A stretch of DNA of 64,000 nt from Candidatus Micrarchaeia archaeon (GTDB lineage: Archaea; Micrarchaeota; Micrarchaeia; Anstonellales; J096), in NCBI GenBank assembly GCA_041500865.1, contig JBGQMY010000001.1, positions 26,827 through 90,826 of the forward strand, written 5' to 3'. Under the pieces are notes generated by a model. The model was not told the origin of the DNA and searched no databases. It worked only from the letters and a program-made list of their open reading frames with translations. Made by a program: the position numbers and the translations under genes. Each line of letters begins with the position of its first letter. The first letter of the stretch is position 1. This document shows, in pieces, positions 28,002 to 37,189 of the stretch.

Positions 28002-28595
28002 ATGGCCAATGAAACTTTCGCAAGAGGGGCGGAAAGGCCCGGAAACAGAACGCTTTCTTATGGCAAGGAACCTCTTTTTGACAGCCAAACGAAGCGCTGG
28101 CAGGATAGCGCGCTCCTAGTAGCAGTGCGCAACAGGAGCGTGGAAAGCGCGCTAATGGCAATAGACAAAGGCGCAAGCATAGACACAAAGGACATAAGCG
28201 GCAGCACTGCGCTGATGATAGCGGCTGAAAGCGGTGATGCGGCTATGTGCAGGGCTCTTCTGTGCAAAGGGGCCGACATTGAGGCAAGGATGATAAACAC
28301 CGATATCGGGCTCGGGACGTGCGAAACCGCGCTGATAACTTCGGCAAAGCACGGCAAAAAAGACGTTTGCATCCTTTTGCTGGAAAAAGGCGCAGACCCA
28401 AACGCAAAAGACAGGTACAAGACAACTGCGCTCATGTATGCTGCGCAGTTGGGGCATCCGGACGTTTGCACGGCCCTGCTGGAGCATGGGGCGGACCCGC
28501 GCCTAAAGGACGTGAACTTAATGACTGCGCTCCAGCTTTCAAGGAATGGCGCAAGCGAGGCCATACAGGAATACCTTGCCCATTTTAAAGTGTAA
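28002..28595 (+). CDS. Ankyrin-repeat protein without the FxxxFxxC tail
   Basis: GSTALMIAA and TTALMYAA repeats; ends EYLAHFKV. Confidence 0.92.
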   Translation: MANETFARGAERPGNRTLSYGKEPLFDSQTKRWQDSALLVAVRNRSVESALMAIDKGASIDTKDISGSTALMIAAESGDAAMCRALLCKGADIEARMINTDIGLGTCETALITSAKHGKKDVCILLLEKGADPNAKDRYKTTALMYAAQLGHPDVCTALLEHGADPRLKDVNLMTALQLSRNGASEAIQEYLAHFKV

Positions 28596-28637
28596 TCTGT
28601 GTTTAAACGTGTATTTTTAAGTATTTCCTTTGATATT

Positions 28638-30065
28638 ATGGCTGTGCAAACGATAACCAAGGAAAAAAGCGTGCCCGCAAGGAGGATGGACCTTTCCAGA
28701 TTCAAACCAGACACAAAAAGGATAGAAAAGGAATGGGACCACCACGGCAGCTACCAGTGGACATATTTCGTTGAGGAGCAGAAACGACTCATTAATTTTT
28801 TCCTGTCAGAAAGGGCAGGCCCAAGGAACCTGGAAATCGGCGGGGGCTGGTACCAGTCATACCCAGGCTCAACCGCCATAGACGTATCAGCAGTATGCCT
28901 GGAATACAACGAGGCGCGGAAAAAGGTGCAATATGACCTGGATTATGTAGCTGCCGGCTGCACGCTGCCGTTCAAGGACCGTTCGTTTGACTCCGCAACC
29001 ATGATAAGCGTCTGGCAATACCTCCAAGACCCTGTTGCATTGCTGAAGGAGCTGGAAAGGGTGCTTGCGCCGGGCGGCGAGGTCTATGTCATCAACGGCC
29101 AGGGGGGAGGCGTGGAAGGGCTTGTGAAAAGCGCGTCAAGGTCTGAATCGATATTGGAAACGGCAATGCGATGCGGGTACGACGCAATGCTGCAAACCAT
29201 CCCGACAATGGATGGCGAGAGGGACACGTTCAAGTCTGTGTGCATCGCAATGCCGGACAGCACGCTGTTCGGCAAAAAATCGCAGATAATTGACAAAAGC
29301 AAAAGGGCAAGGAGATTGGGCAGCCCAGGGGAATTCCTTGAAAGATACGCGGAATGGGAACTTGAAAAAATCATGGGAAAGCTTTGGCAGCTTAGGACGT
29401 ACCCGGTAACTGAATATTCTCGGCATTACCTTGAAGCGTGCGAGAATGCAAGCCAAGCGTTCAGCAAGAAAGCAGGAAGGTTCCCTGTCCTTTATTCGGA
29501 ATCGCACCAGGTCGAGATTGACATGTACGTCAAAGGCGGGTTCATAATGAGCCACGAGCTGATGATGGATGGTGTTTCCAACAAGGAGCCATTCAATGAT
29601 TTTGCAAAACCGTTTGGGATTGGGTTCAGCGGATACTACGGCAGTTCTGTCAGCGATTACATCAAAAGGCACTTGGAAGGGAAGAACATCCTCCCGGAGA
29701 TTCGCTCTGATTGGGGAAGGACGCGGGAAAGGGACGGCGCAATCTATAGCCTTGCAAGCTTCATCGTGTCAATACCGTTGAACAGCCATACGAAAAGCCT
29801 GCAGCAGTCCTTGCTTGAAAAGCTGGAGAAGGAGGCACCTAATGCAAAGGATGTGGTTGCTAGGGCAACGGCCAGGCGCCTGTATTCGTTATGCTACGAA
29901 TACAAGCAAAGGAGGGGCATTGACAAGCTCATAAAAAGGAAAAGCGAACTAGGGGGAATGGAAGTAATCAAAGAGGCGGCCCTTGACATTGAAAAGGAGT
30001 TTCCCTACTTCAGGAACTTCATTTTGGAGATTCCCATGGCTTGCGACGATTCCGGCATGGATTGA
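28638..30065 (+). CDS. Class I SAM-dependent methyltransferase domain fused to an unknown C-terminal domain
   Basis: Motifs LEIGGG, LPFKDRSFDSA and ELERVLAPGG; about 280 further residues unassigned. Confidence 0.78.
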   Translation: MAVQTITKEKSVPARRMDLSRFKPDTKRIEKEWDHHGSYQWTYFVEEQKRLINFFLSERAGPRNLEIGGGWYQSYPGSTAIDVSAVCLEYNEARKKVQYDLDYVAAGCTLPFKDRSFDSATMISVWQYLQDPVALLKELERVLAPGGEVYVINGQGGGVEGLVKSASRSESILETAMRCGYDAMLQTIPTMDGERDTFKSVCIAMPDSTLFGKKSQIIDKSKRARRLGSPGEFLERYAEWELEKIMGKLWQLRTYPVTEYSRHYLEACENASQAFSKKAGRFPVLYSESHQVEIDMYVKGGFIMSHELMMDGVSNKEPFNDFAKPFGIGFSGYYGSSVSDYIKRHLEGKNILPEIRSDWGRTRERDGAIYSLASFIVSIPLNSHTKSLQQSLLEKLEKEAPNAKDVVARATARRLYSLCYEYKQRRGIDKLIKRKSELGGMEVIKEAALDIEKEFPYFRNFILEIPMACDDSGMD

Positions 30066-30113
30066 AAAAAGGCGATTGGCTTGCTTTTAAAAGCCAATGA
30101 CTAAAATGATTTC

Positions 30114-32906
30114 ATGCCTGGATTCAAGGACTTGGGCAACGCAACCTGGCTCATGGAAAAGGAAGGAATCATGCGGGTTCCTGCAGTCATAATCGGCACA
30201 AAGGCCTTGGTTGACGCCATGAGCAAGGACAGGACAATCGGCCAGCTCAGGAACATGGCATCATTGCCAGGAATAGTCAAGAACGCAGTGCTTATGCCAG
30301 ACGGCCACGAGGGCTACGGCTTCCCGATAGGCGGGGTTGCGGCTTTTGACAGCGAAGAAGGCATCGTTTCACCGGGCGGAATCGGATATGACATAAATTG
30401 TTTGCTTCCAAAAACGAGAATAACGAACGCGTATGGATATTATCGGAATATTGAAAACTATCAGTCTTACTTTTCAAAAAAATATGAAAAGAACGGGGTT
30501 TTATTGTTTGATGGAATGACAAGGATAAGTAGCGGAAGGAAATACGGAAATGCAACACATTACATGCACAAGAGATATTCCGGAAAAATCTATGAGATAA
30601 CTGCCATGGCCGGGAAGATAAAAGCTACGCCAGACCATCCCTTTATCACAAAAAAAGGGAAAATGCTGCCTGGGCATTTGAAAAGGAATGACTTCATACT
30701 ATCCTATCCTTTTGAAGGCATCCGCTATAGAAGATATTGCAAAAATGAGGATGAACTGGCGATTTACGCCAAACTTATAGGATATGCCACTGGAGACGGC
30801 AGCATAACATCAGGTAATGGCAAGAGAAGTGTCCGGTTCTATAGCAAATACAAGAATGACCTTGAAGATATATTAAGAGATATAGAAAAGCTGGGGTATA
30901 ATGGAAGTATATTTGAAAGGACCAGAAAGCATGATATAAATGGAAAAAAATTTACATCAACATCATTTGAGCTTGTGGTATATGCTAAGAAATTTGCCGA
31001 AAAAATGCTGGAATTTGGCTGTATAGAGGGACTCAAAACAGAAAAGGATGTTAGGGTGCCCAAATGGATAATGAAAGCGCCGTTGTGGATAAAACGATTG
31101 TATCTTGCCGCATTTTTTGGCGCGGAGATGTCTTCGCCAAAAACGTCAAGCAAAACCGGATTTTATATGCCGCAGATCAGCCAAAATAAGATAAAGTCCA
31201 AGGAAGGGAGCCTCAGGCAATTTTTTAGCGATATTTCAGAGATGCTGGATGAATTTGGGGTCAAAACAAACAAGGTAAGCTTTGTCGAAAAGATAAAATC
31301 AAAAATCAGATTGAGGATTATTCTTGGCGGAAGCGAAAATGACATAGAAAGACTTTATTCAACCATAGGCTTTGAATATAATGAGGAAAGGATGTTCAAG
31401 GCGCTTGCGGCCATTCTTTATATACGGATGAAAAGGCTGCATCGGCAAAAAAGGGAAGAAACAAGGAAAATGGCGCAAAAATACAGGAAAGCCGGAATTG
31501 GTCTGAAAAATGTCCAGAAAAAACTTGTTTCAAAATGGGCAAATTCCAGATTCATAGAAAGGGCATATTATGAAAACGTTTCTCCAAGAGCGCCATTGGA
31601 TATCCAAAGCTTTAATGAATTTGAAAATCACCAGAAAAAGATATACAAAAAATATGGCGCACTTGAAGATATAGTGTTGGACATCAAAACAAGCGAGTAT
31701 TCTGGAAAAGTATATGACTTCAGTGTTGAGAAGATGCATAAATTTGTAGCTAATGGCATATTGGTATCAAACTGCGGCGTCCGCCTGCTCAAGACCGGGC
31801 TGGAAAAGGGCGAGGTTGAAGAAAAGAGGCGCGACATAATAGAGTCAATATTCCACGAGGTGCCAAGCGGCGTAGGCAGTGAAAGCGACAACAGGATGAC
31901 GGTTGAATCGCTGGACAGCATCGCGGAGCTTGGGATGGACTGGGCAATTGACAACGGCTATGCAGAAAAATCCGAAAAAGGGAGGATAGAGGAATACGGC
32001 AGGATGGAAGGCGCAGAGCCGTCAAAGACGTCTGCGACTGCAAAGGCAAGGGGAAGGCGGCAGGTGGGAACGCTTGGCGCAGGCAACCATTTCCTTGAAA
32101 TCCAATACGTTGAAAAAATCCTGTATCCGGAGATTGCAAAGAAATTCGGGCTTCATGAAAATCAGGTGGTCATGATGATCCACACGGGCTCAAGGGGATA
32201 TGGCCACCAGATAGCGTCAGATTACATAAACGCGATAATGAGGGAAGGCCTGCCAAAAGGCATCCCCGACCCGGAGCTTGCATACGCAAAACTGGGAAGC
32301 AAGGTTGCGGACGATTACCTTTCGGCAATGAAGTGCGCGGTCAATTTCGCGTTCGTGAACAGGCAGATGATAACGCACAACGTGAGGAATGCGTTCAACA
32401 AGGTATTCGGCAACGTTGAGCTGGAGCTGCTTTACGACGTGGCGCACAATATAGGGAAATACGAGAAGCACAGCGTTGACGGGAAAAACAGGGAGCTGTT
32501 CATACACAGGAAAGGCGCTACAAGGGCGTTCCCGGCAGGCAGGGAAGAGCTCCCTTCAATATACAGGGAAACCGGCCAGCCTGTCATAATCCCAGGCTCA
32601 ATGGGCACCGCAAGCTACGTGCTGGTCGGCGAGCAGAAAGGGCTGGACGTAAGCTTTGGCTCAACGTGCCATGGCGCAGGAAGGGCGCTGAGCAGGCATG
32701 CGGCGATACGGGAGTTCAAGAGCGACAATATAATAAAGCAGCTTGCGAAAAACGACATCTATTTCAGGTCGGATTCCAAAACCGCGGCATCGGAGGAGGC
32801 GCCTGGCGCGTACAAGGACATTGACGAGATAGTAAAATCGGTGGAATTGGCAGGCATAAGCAGGATTGTCGCAAGGCTGAGGCCGATTGGCGTTGTGAAA
32901 GGCTAA
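30114..32906 (+). CDS. rtcB: RNA-splicing ligase RtcB, intein-containing
   Basis: Motifs MPDGHEGYGFPIGGV, GYDIN/CGVR, GTLGAGNHFLE, HRKGATRA and HGAGR. Confidence 0.96.
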   Translation: MPGFKDLGNATWLMEKEGIMRVPAVIIGTKALVDAMSKDRTIGQLRNMASLPGIVKNAVLMPDGHEGYGFPIGGVAAFDSEEGIVSPGGIGYDINCLLPKTRITNAYGYYRNIENYQSYFSKKYEKNGVLLFDGMTRISSGRKYGNATHYMHKRYSGKIYEITAMAGKIKATPDHPFITKKGKMLPGHLKRNDFILSYPFEGIRYRRYCKNEDELAIYAKLIGYATGDGSITSGNGKRSVRFYSKYKNDLEDILRDIEKLGYNGSIFERTRKHDINGKKFTSTSFELVVYAKKFAEKMLEFGCIEGLKTEKDVRVPKWIMKAPLWIKRLYLAAFFGAEMSSPKTSSKTGFYMPQISQNKIKSKEGSLRQFFSDISEMLDEFGVKTNKVSFVEKIKSKIRLRIILGGSENDIERLYSTIGFEYNEERMFKALAAILYIRMKRLHRQKREETRKMAQKYRKAGIGLKNVQKKLVSKWANSRFIERAYYENVSPRAPLDIQSFNEFENHQKKIYKKYGALEDIVLDIKTSEYSGKVYDFSVEKMHKFVANGILVSNCGVRLLKTGLEKGEVEEKRRDIIESIFHEVPSGVGSESDNRMTVESLDSIAELGMDWAIDNGYAEKSEKGRIEEYGRMEGAEPSKTSATAKARGRRQVGTLGAGNHFLEIQYVEKILYPEIAKKFGLHENQVVMMIHTGSRGYGHQIASDYINAIMREGLPKGIPDPELAYAKLGSKVADDYLSAMKCAVNFAFVNRQMITHNVRNAFNKVFGNVELELLYDVAHNIGKYEKHSVDGKNRELFIHRKGATRAFPAGREELPSIYRETGQPVIIPGSMGTASYVLVGEQKGLDVSFGSTCHGAGRALSRHAAIREFKSDNIIKQLAKNDIYFRSDSKTAASEEAPGAYKDIDEIVKSVELAGISRIVARLRPIGVVKG
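30399..31772 (+). mobile_element. Intein (458 aa) with LAGLIDADG homing endonuclease
   Basis: Begins CLLPKT, has block B ATPDHPF, endonuclease motifs LIGYATGDGS and YLAAFFGAEMS, and ends FVANGILVSN before Cys. It is more AT-rich than the exteins. Confidence 0.93.
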
Positions 32907-32909
32907 AAA

Positions 32910-35900
32910 TCAAAACGTTAGTTTGAAATACACGCTTACACCCCAGTTGTTGGGATTGAGCCTCTGCCTGGACATGTAGTTCCATGACCAGATGTCAGTA
33001 CTGTAATACGGCAGCGGGCCTGTGCCCCCTGCAACGCCTATGCCCCATTCGTTCGGCAGCCTCGTGTGGGTGTATTCCGCCCCAAGGCCTATATAATCCC
33101 TGGCATCCATGTACCTTCCATAAGTCAGGTGGAACTGGAGCTTGCCTCCGACCTGGTTGACGTCAACCCAGGCGCGGTCCAGCCCGGCCGTCACCGACCA
33201 GTCCTTTTCCGTCTGAAAGGTGTCAGGCGCGATTATCAGCTTATGACGTTTCCTGTCAGCAAACACATACCATGCAGTTGCTGCATGCTCTACAAGCGTG
33301 GGCGCCTCTACAGTCGTCCCGGTTATTATTACTTGCCACTCGTTCAGCTCCGCGTCGTTCATCCTCTTGGTTCCTCCGACTAGCCCCAGTATGATGTCGG
33401 ACTTTGCGGTCCTGCTCTGGTCGTCATTCTGCCTCAGGAATTTCCAAAGCAGCTGCCCGCTGCCGCCCCTTGTCGCAACAGCGGTTCCGGACACGTTCTG
33501 GTCGACCATGAGCGTAGGCCCGCCCAGAACCCTGAACCGGTCCTTCAGGCCGCCGCCCAGGAACAGGTCCGGGTAGAACTCGCCCTGCGTGCCCCTCAGC
33601 GTTGAGGTGATGCCCTCAAGCCAGCCTTTGACATTCTGGTTTGCGTCGCTGAAGAATAAATATCCTCTCATGCTCGCGCTCCTTGCCTCAAGGTCCGTTG
33701 CCCCGACAAGGTAGAACTTGCCGTCAACCCCCATGCCAAGCGCGTAGTTCTGCACATCCTTGGACTTGAGCTGGTCAGCGACTTCCTGGATTGCTGCTTT
33801 GTATATTATCGCAGCTTCTTGGGGATTTAGCGTCGCCTGCTCTTCTGCATTCGTGATGGTCTGGTTTATGCCGTTCATCCATTGCGGCACCTTCTCGCCT
33901 GCGGCGAGCATGTTGAACCTGTGGGCCCAGACAATCAGGGTCGCCATCCCGTATCCCTGCTGCTCAAGGTCGCCCATCTGGTCCCTGACCATTGAATACA
34001 TGTAGGTTCCGGAAACGAACGCCCCTGTGTTTTGCGCGTCGTTCCTCTTCCAGCCATAGACGTTGGTGAGGAAATTGGACATGTTTGACTGCAGCCCAAG
34101 CAGCTGCGTCTCGTCTATTCCGCTGTAAACGAGCGTTCCGCCAAGGCCGCTGAGGCCGGCCATTTTCTCTGTCTTTACCTGCAGGCCGCCCACATTGCTT
34201 CCTCCCAATACCGCTATTACTGCAGCGGACTTTGAGATCTCAGCAGGCACATACCTGTACTTTAGCTCAATGTTGAAGTTGTATTGCTCATTCCCTATGG
34301 AGGTTCTCCTGTACGTGCCGATTACCGCGTCGTCCTTGTTGAACACGTTTGACTTGGACAGGCTTGCCGCCTGCTCGTTGGCCACCGTGCTCAGGCTGTT
34401 CCCGTTCCTAAGGACTATCTGGTTCCATAGGCCTGAGGCTGCGACAGTCCCTGCAGTGAAGCCCACAGCGGCACCGTTGAATGGCGCGTCCTTGTCCGGT
34501 ATGTACGTTTTCAGGCTCGCAAGCACGTTGGTTGCGTTCGCCTCGCCGAACTGGTAGTTCATCAGCTTGTCCCTTGTGTCGGTGCCCATCCTGACCTCGT
34601 AGGCATCGCCGCCCTTTGTGACCCAGTACCAGCCCTCCTTTGTCCTTGAGTCCTTGTCATACGGGGAAAGCCCCCAGTTGCCCGTGAAATACGTAAGCAT
34701 GTCCCCTTTGTCCTTTGCGACAGGGGCGAAAAGCCTGGCTGCCTCGGTTGCCATGTTCCTTTCCTCATAGGTTCCGGCTGCCGTTGCCGTGTTGACGTTG
34801 AAGCCCATGTTGACCTTGCTGGCGTCAATGTCATGTGTCATGATGAAATTGTCGCCGGTCTTGCCGCCAGTCACTTCCGTTGTCACTCCGCCGCCGGCGC
34901 CGGTCTTTGCCACGCCCCTTGCGCCGACCTCGACGTACCTGTTCGCGGCCCCGAACCCGCCCTCCATGGAGCCGCCTATCCAGTCATTGTAATACTGTTC
35001 GTTGCCGTACCTTTTCGCGAATATCTTGTTCAGTTCCGTTATCAACGTATTGACATGCGCCCTCTCTATCCGGGCCATCTGCGGTACAGGCGGCCTGAAG
35101 TTGTTTCCTGGCGGGTTTAGCTCCGCATTGAGCCTGTTGTATATGTCAAAGGCGCCTTGCATCAGCAAAGGCATGGACCAGGAGAAGTAGCCGTTGTGGT
35201 AGTTCGCCTGGTTCGGCATGAGGCTCAGCGTCCTGTACTGCATAGGCACGTTGAGCATCGGGAAATAACTCCCCATCTTCGTCATCTCAGACTGTTTCAC
35301 GTCATAATAATACGGGCTCTCGTACGTCCTTGTCTTGTTCCAGATGTCATAGAAGAGGTCCTTGTGCGTGACGTTCGCCACCGGTATTCTTGGAAGGTCA
35401 GCGGAGATGGCTCTGAACCTCGAAAGCATGTTCTCCCTTTCTGTCATGTTGAAGACATTTTTGCTGAGCCTGGTCTGCAGTTGGGCGCCGAATGTCGCGA
35501 AAAACAGCTGCACGTCGGTGTCTGCATTGGACAGCTGGGCAAACGCCGGAACGACGTAATGCAGGTATCCTGCAATTAGGTACGGGTCCCTGGTTGAAAG
35601 CGTCATTATGTTCTCCATGAGCCCAGCATATGTCTTGGTGTCCGTTAGGCCCTTTGCCTCCAGGGCGTCGAGCGCGCCTCCAAGGAGCTTTACGTCCATG
35701 AGCGTCATTATTGAGAATGCCTTGTCAATCGCCAATGCCTTTGACGAAAGCGAGTCCTCTGTCATGCCGCCTGTGCCCTGGTAGTAATTCATTACCTTGG
35801 ACTTCAGGGCCTGGAACCTGCTCTTGTCGGATGAAAGCGCGTCGTAGTTCTGCGATATCCACTTGCCGAGCTGGACGGGATTAGATATTCCAAGCGCATC

Positions 35901-37067
35901 GCCGAGCGTTTGGAAGTCTATCCACTTTCCCATTGTCCTGTAGCTTCCATTGAAGACTGCATTGTAGTCGTTGAGCGCGTCATTGAACGTGCTCTTTTGC
36001 GCGGTGGACGCGCTGAGCGACATGAGCACCTCGCCCTTCAGTGGGTCTATCTTCCTAAGGGCGTCCACCGCGCCAGCAGATTTTTGGCGGCCGTAGAAGT
36101 CCGGCCTGAACAGGTATTTCCATTCATCGAAAATGCCTGCTTTGTCCAGATAGTATTTTATCATGCCAAGGTACAGCTTGTTTGCATCCGAAGACATCTT
36201 CATGCCCGAATAGATGTTGTAGGACCTGTCGAAGTTTGCCTTGTATTTCTCGTCCGTGGTGGAGACATATAGCGTGAAATTCTTCATCATGTTGGAAATG
36301 TCGTTTATCTTGTCCTGGTTCAGCATCCCTGTGTAAAACGAGACCATGGACGTCTTCGTGTCATTGTAGTTTTTTTCTCCGGATTCGTAGGCCTTTCTCA
36401 TGCCGTCTATCGCCGTTTCGGCGCTGGCCGCATAATTGAATATCATTGCCGATAGGTCCTTGTCGCCCATGGACTCAACTTTCTTGGAGTACGCCTGCAG
36501 GTCGACAAGTATGTCGTGTATCTTTGCCACTGTGTTCTTGACCCTGGTTGTGTCGGCAGGAGTCGTGCCTTCCTTCGGGAAAAGCTTCTGCGCCGCTTTT
36601 TTTGCCACCACCTCGGAGGACATGACGTTCGCGAAATCGGGGCCGTATTTTTCCCTTACGGCGTCTGGATTGGAGACGACGCTGTCCCTTGCATACTGGA
36701 TGGCGTCAAGGAAGTCTGCCCTTGAGAACCTGCCTGCCTTCTTCACGTACGCTTCCCTGAGCTCAGAATAGACATTCGGCTGGGAGGGCTTGGCCAGCTC
36801 CGACGGGCCGTACTTGTCGGCAAAGGACTTTATCGCCTTGTCCGCCTTTGCCTTGTTTTCGGCGCCGCCTTTCATGACGAAAGATTCAAAGGCCTTGAAG
36901 ACTGCTTCCCTGTCCTTCTCAATGCCCTTTTCCACTGCAACAGCGTTCTTGGATGTATCGCCCATGTTTTCACCGGCCGTTTTGAACTTCGCATAGGCCG
37001 GCCCTAATGCCAGCCCTGCAACAATGCTACTGTATATGATAGCTTTTTTAAAGTCAATGTGAGCCAT
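32910..37067 (-). CDS. Large secreted protein: helical N-terminal half and beta-rich C-terminal half (beta-barrel candidate)
   Basis: Sec-type signal ending AYA, alternating Gly/aromatic strands, and C-terminus WGVSVYFKLTF. Confidence 0.75.
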   Translation of the reverse strand: MAHIDFKKAIIYSSIVAGLALGPAYAKFKTAGENMGDTSKNAVAVEKGIEKDREAVFKAFESFVMKGGAENKAKADKAIKSFADKYGPSELAKPSQPNVYSELREAYVKKAGRFSRADFLDAIQYARDSVVSNPDAVREKYGPDFANVMSSEVVAKKAAQKLFPKEGTTPADTTRVKNTVAKIHDILVDLQAYSKKVESMGDKDLSAMIFNYAASAETAIDGMRKAYESGEKNYNDTKTSMVSFYTGMLNQDKINDISNMMKNFTLYVSTTDEKYKANFDRSYNIYSGMKMSSDANKLYLGMIKYYLDKAGIFDEWKYLFRPDFYGRQKSAGAVDALRKIDPLKGEVLMSLSASTAQKSTFNDALNDYNAVFNGSYRTMGKWIDFQTLGDALGISNPVQLGKWISQNYDALSSDKSRFQALKSKVMNYYQGTGGMTEDSLSSKALAIDKAFSIMTLMDVKLLGGALDALEAKGLTDTKTYAGLMENIMTLSTRDPYLIAGYLHYVVPAFAQLSNADTDVQLFFATFGAQLQTRLSKNVFNMTERENMLSRFRAISADLPRIPVANVTHKDLFYDIWNKTRTYESPYYYDVKQSEMTKMGSYFPMLNVPMQYRTLSLMPNQANYHNGYFSWSMPLLMQGAFDIYNRLNAELNPPGNNFRPPVPQMARIERAHVNTLITELNKIFAKRYGNEQYYNDWIGGSMEGGFGAANRYVEVGARGVAKTGAGGGVTTEVTGGKTGDNFIMTHDIDASKVNMGFNVNTATAAGTYEERNMATEAARLFAPVAKDKGDMLTYFTGNWGLSPYDKDSRTKEGWYWVTKGGDAYEVRMGTDTRDKLMNYQFGEANATNVLASLKTYIPDKDAPFNGAAVGFTAGTVAASGLWNQIVLRNGNSLSTVANEQAASLSKSNVFNKDDAVIGTYRRTSIGNEQYNFNIELKYRYVPAEISKSAAVIAVLGGSNVGGLQVKTEKMAGLSGLGGTLVYSGIDETQLLGLQSNMSNFLTNVYGWKRNDAQNTGAFVSGTYMYSMVRDQMGDLEQQGYGMATLIVWAHRFNMLAAGEKVPQWMNGINQTITNAEEQATLNPQEAAIIYKAAIQEVADQLKSKDVQNYALGMGVDGKFYLVGATDLEARSASMRGYLFFSDANQNVKGWLEGITSTLRGTQGEFYPDLFLGGGLKDRFRVLGGPTLMVDQNVSGTAVATRGGSGQLLWKFLRQNDDQSRTAKSDIILGLVGGTKRMNDAELNEWQVIITGTTVEAPTLVEHAATAWYVFADRKRHKLIIAPDTFQTEKDWSVTAGLDRAWVDVNQVGGKLQFHLTYGRYMDARDYIGLGAEYTHTRLPNEWGIGVAGGTGPLPYYSTDIWSWNYMSRQRLNPNNWGVSVYFKLTF

Positions 37068-37189
37068 AAATAATAGAATATAGATATAATAAGGTTTTTA
37101 AATAGTGTCTCAACGTGGATAAATGTATCAAACAGAAACATGAATAGTGGCAACAAAAGTTTAAAATGTTATATGCTGGAATGGTGCTT

